A program made the position numbers and the translations under genes. Under the pieces are notes generated by a model. The model was not told the DNA's origin. It saw only the letters and a program-made list of their open reading frames with translations, and made no database searches. Of a DNA stretch of 64,000 nucleotides, positions 62,508 to 64,000 are shown piece by piece (position 1 is the first letter of the stretch; every line of letters begins with the position of its first letter). This DNA is from Octopus bimaculoides (lineage: Eukaryota). The DNA is taken from assembly GCF_001194135.2 (NCBI RefSeq), contig NC_068983.1, positions 37,016,807-37,080,806 on the forward strand. The letters are read 5' to 3'.

Positions 62508-62701
62508 CCTTGATGTCATCATTAACTCTTTTCTATTTGTATTTGGACCACTACTAGATGTAATCTTGGTTTCTTGAGATTTGCTTTTGGGCAGATTAGC
62601 AGTATTATGTGAATATGGAACAGGAGTATTGAAAGCATGGAACAAACCAGGGACTGATTGATAGAATCTTCCAACAAGTTGTGTTGCTACAAATGGCATA
62701 C
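62508..62701 (-). CDS. Uncharacterised gene, exon: MPFVATQLVGRFYQSVPGLFHAFNTP...MMTSR
   Basis: TTTATTTAAG|GT ATG ... AGG|GTAAAT; 194 nt. The ATG at 62699 could be the start codon or an internal Met. No upstream exon is identified within the window. Confidence 0.75.
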
Positions 62702-64000
62702 CTTAAATAAACATTTAAATAAGATGTATTTTCAAAAACAGTATTTTTAAAAAGAATAAAACATTGCTAGGGAAGAAATTTAAATTCATATTGTTGCTAT
62801 TATGTTAAACTGTTTTATGTCCAAATTTGGCCAAATGCATTTTTTGCAATATTTTTGCTTGCAATAGCTGGTTCTTTTGGTTAAGCTATTATATCTCCAG
62901 CTGCTTTTGATGCCAAGATATCAAAAATTGTCAAAGTGTAGTACAATGGTTTTGCTATGGAACGGTGAAGCTATTTTTTCATTTTCTGAAAAAGCAACGT
63001 TTTGGACTGATGACACTTTTGCATAATAGAAACAATATGAATATTCATGTATGTATAATGTTACTGAGCATGAGTGATGGTGTACACTAAAGCACTGAAA
63101 GAAAGATTGGCAATAAAGTATGTAGATTGTAAATAAAAAAAAACTAAGCTGGTACAAGCATGTGACACATCTCGAGGATTCTAGTTCAGAGTTTCAAATA
63201 GATGGAACCTATGAAAAAGGGAGGCACAACCCAACCTATGCAAATATAGAAAAATGTGTGTAAAATGAAGTTAGTGGTGGCAATGGAAAATGAAATGCAA
63301 GATATCTATACTGGAGATTGTCTTGACCATTCTGTTGAAATTAAGTTTCCATGTAACTACTCTCCCCAATTTTTCATAACACTTTTATATATCGCTTACC
63401 TCCTCACTGTCACTATCTCACTCTTATCATAATGCCTTTGCAACAAGGGATGGCATTGCATTGAATCCATAGATATTCAATGCTCTACTTACCATCTCAC
63501 TCTTTCCACTCACTCCTATCACTCATTACTGATATCCATCACATCCACTCTTACCATTAAGTGTCTTCATTCCTATCCTCCCACCAATTCTATCATCCTG
63601 TCTCCCTCATATCACTGTTTGCCCATCATACTGCACATACTGCTTCTATTCCATCACATTACCAACAATCCTTATGCAGCTGTCTCTCACTATAGCTTCA
63701 CTCTCTTCTATAAACCTCTTGATCCTGTAACTCTTATTTCACTTCCATTACTCTCTTCTCTTTCAGCCTCTTTCTTTGGTCCTCTTCTCTTTAACTGCTG
63801 GGATAAGACAACAGAGGGAAGGGAAGGTTCGTTCAGTTTTGCCAGAGACAAAGTAACTTCTCTGAAGGGCTGGTGCCACTATAAAATGCACCATGTAGCA
63901 CTCAATAGTTTGGCAATAGGAAAGCATATAGCCATAGAAACTGTGTCACAAATGGAATATAGGATTGGGGAATGGTCCCTGACATGTCTAGGAGGGTAGT

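Overview
Eukaryotic, AT-rich, repeat-dense genomic DNA with seven assembly gaps. The repeat families suggest a mollusc, probably a coleoid cephalopod such as Octopus (inference only). Three protein-coding loci are supportable. (1) A complete 11-exon IDH3A gene (NAD-isocitrate dehydrogenase alpha, 362 aa) on the minus strand, 16712-45242, all introns GT-AG and frame-consistent, with NRF-1- and YY1-type motifs at its start. (2) The last four recognisable coding exons of an unidentified gene with a long acidic, Ser/Thr-rich disordered tail (minus, 59435-62701). (3) An intact 293-aa ORF (plus, 2901-3782) with a SENP/Ulp1 (C48, CE-clan) protease fold. It keeps the His-Asp-Cys triad but lacks both substrate-tunnel Trp residues and the oxyanion Gln, and it has a hydrophobic N-terminus. 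This is the most novel-looking item. The rest is mobile DNA: a decayed RTE LINE whose (GAT)n-tailed 3' end is the commonest repeat here, several tRNA-headed SINE families (two young copies with TSDs), CR1-like and Penelope remnants, mariner remnants and MITEs, piggyBac-like and hAT-like MITEs, Helitron-like elements and a foldback element. Two perfect inverted repeats (48 bp and 70 bp) lie in probably transcribed regions. No rRNA, genuine tRNA or CRISPR array was found.
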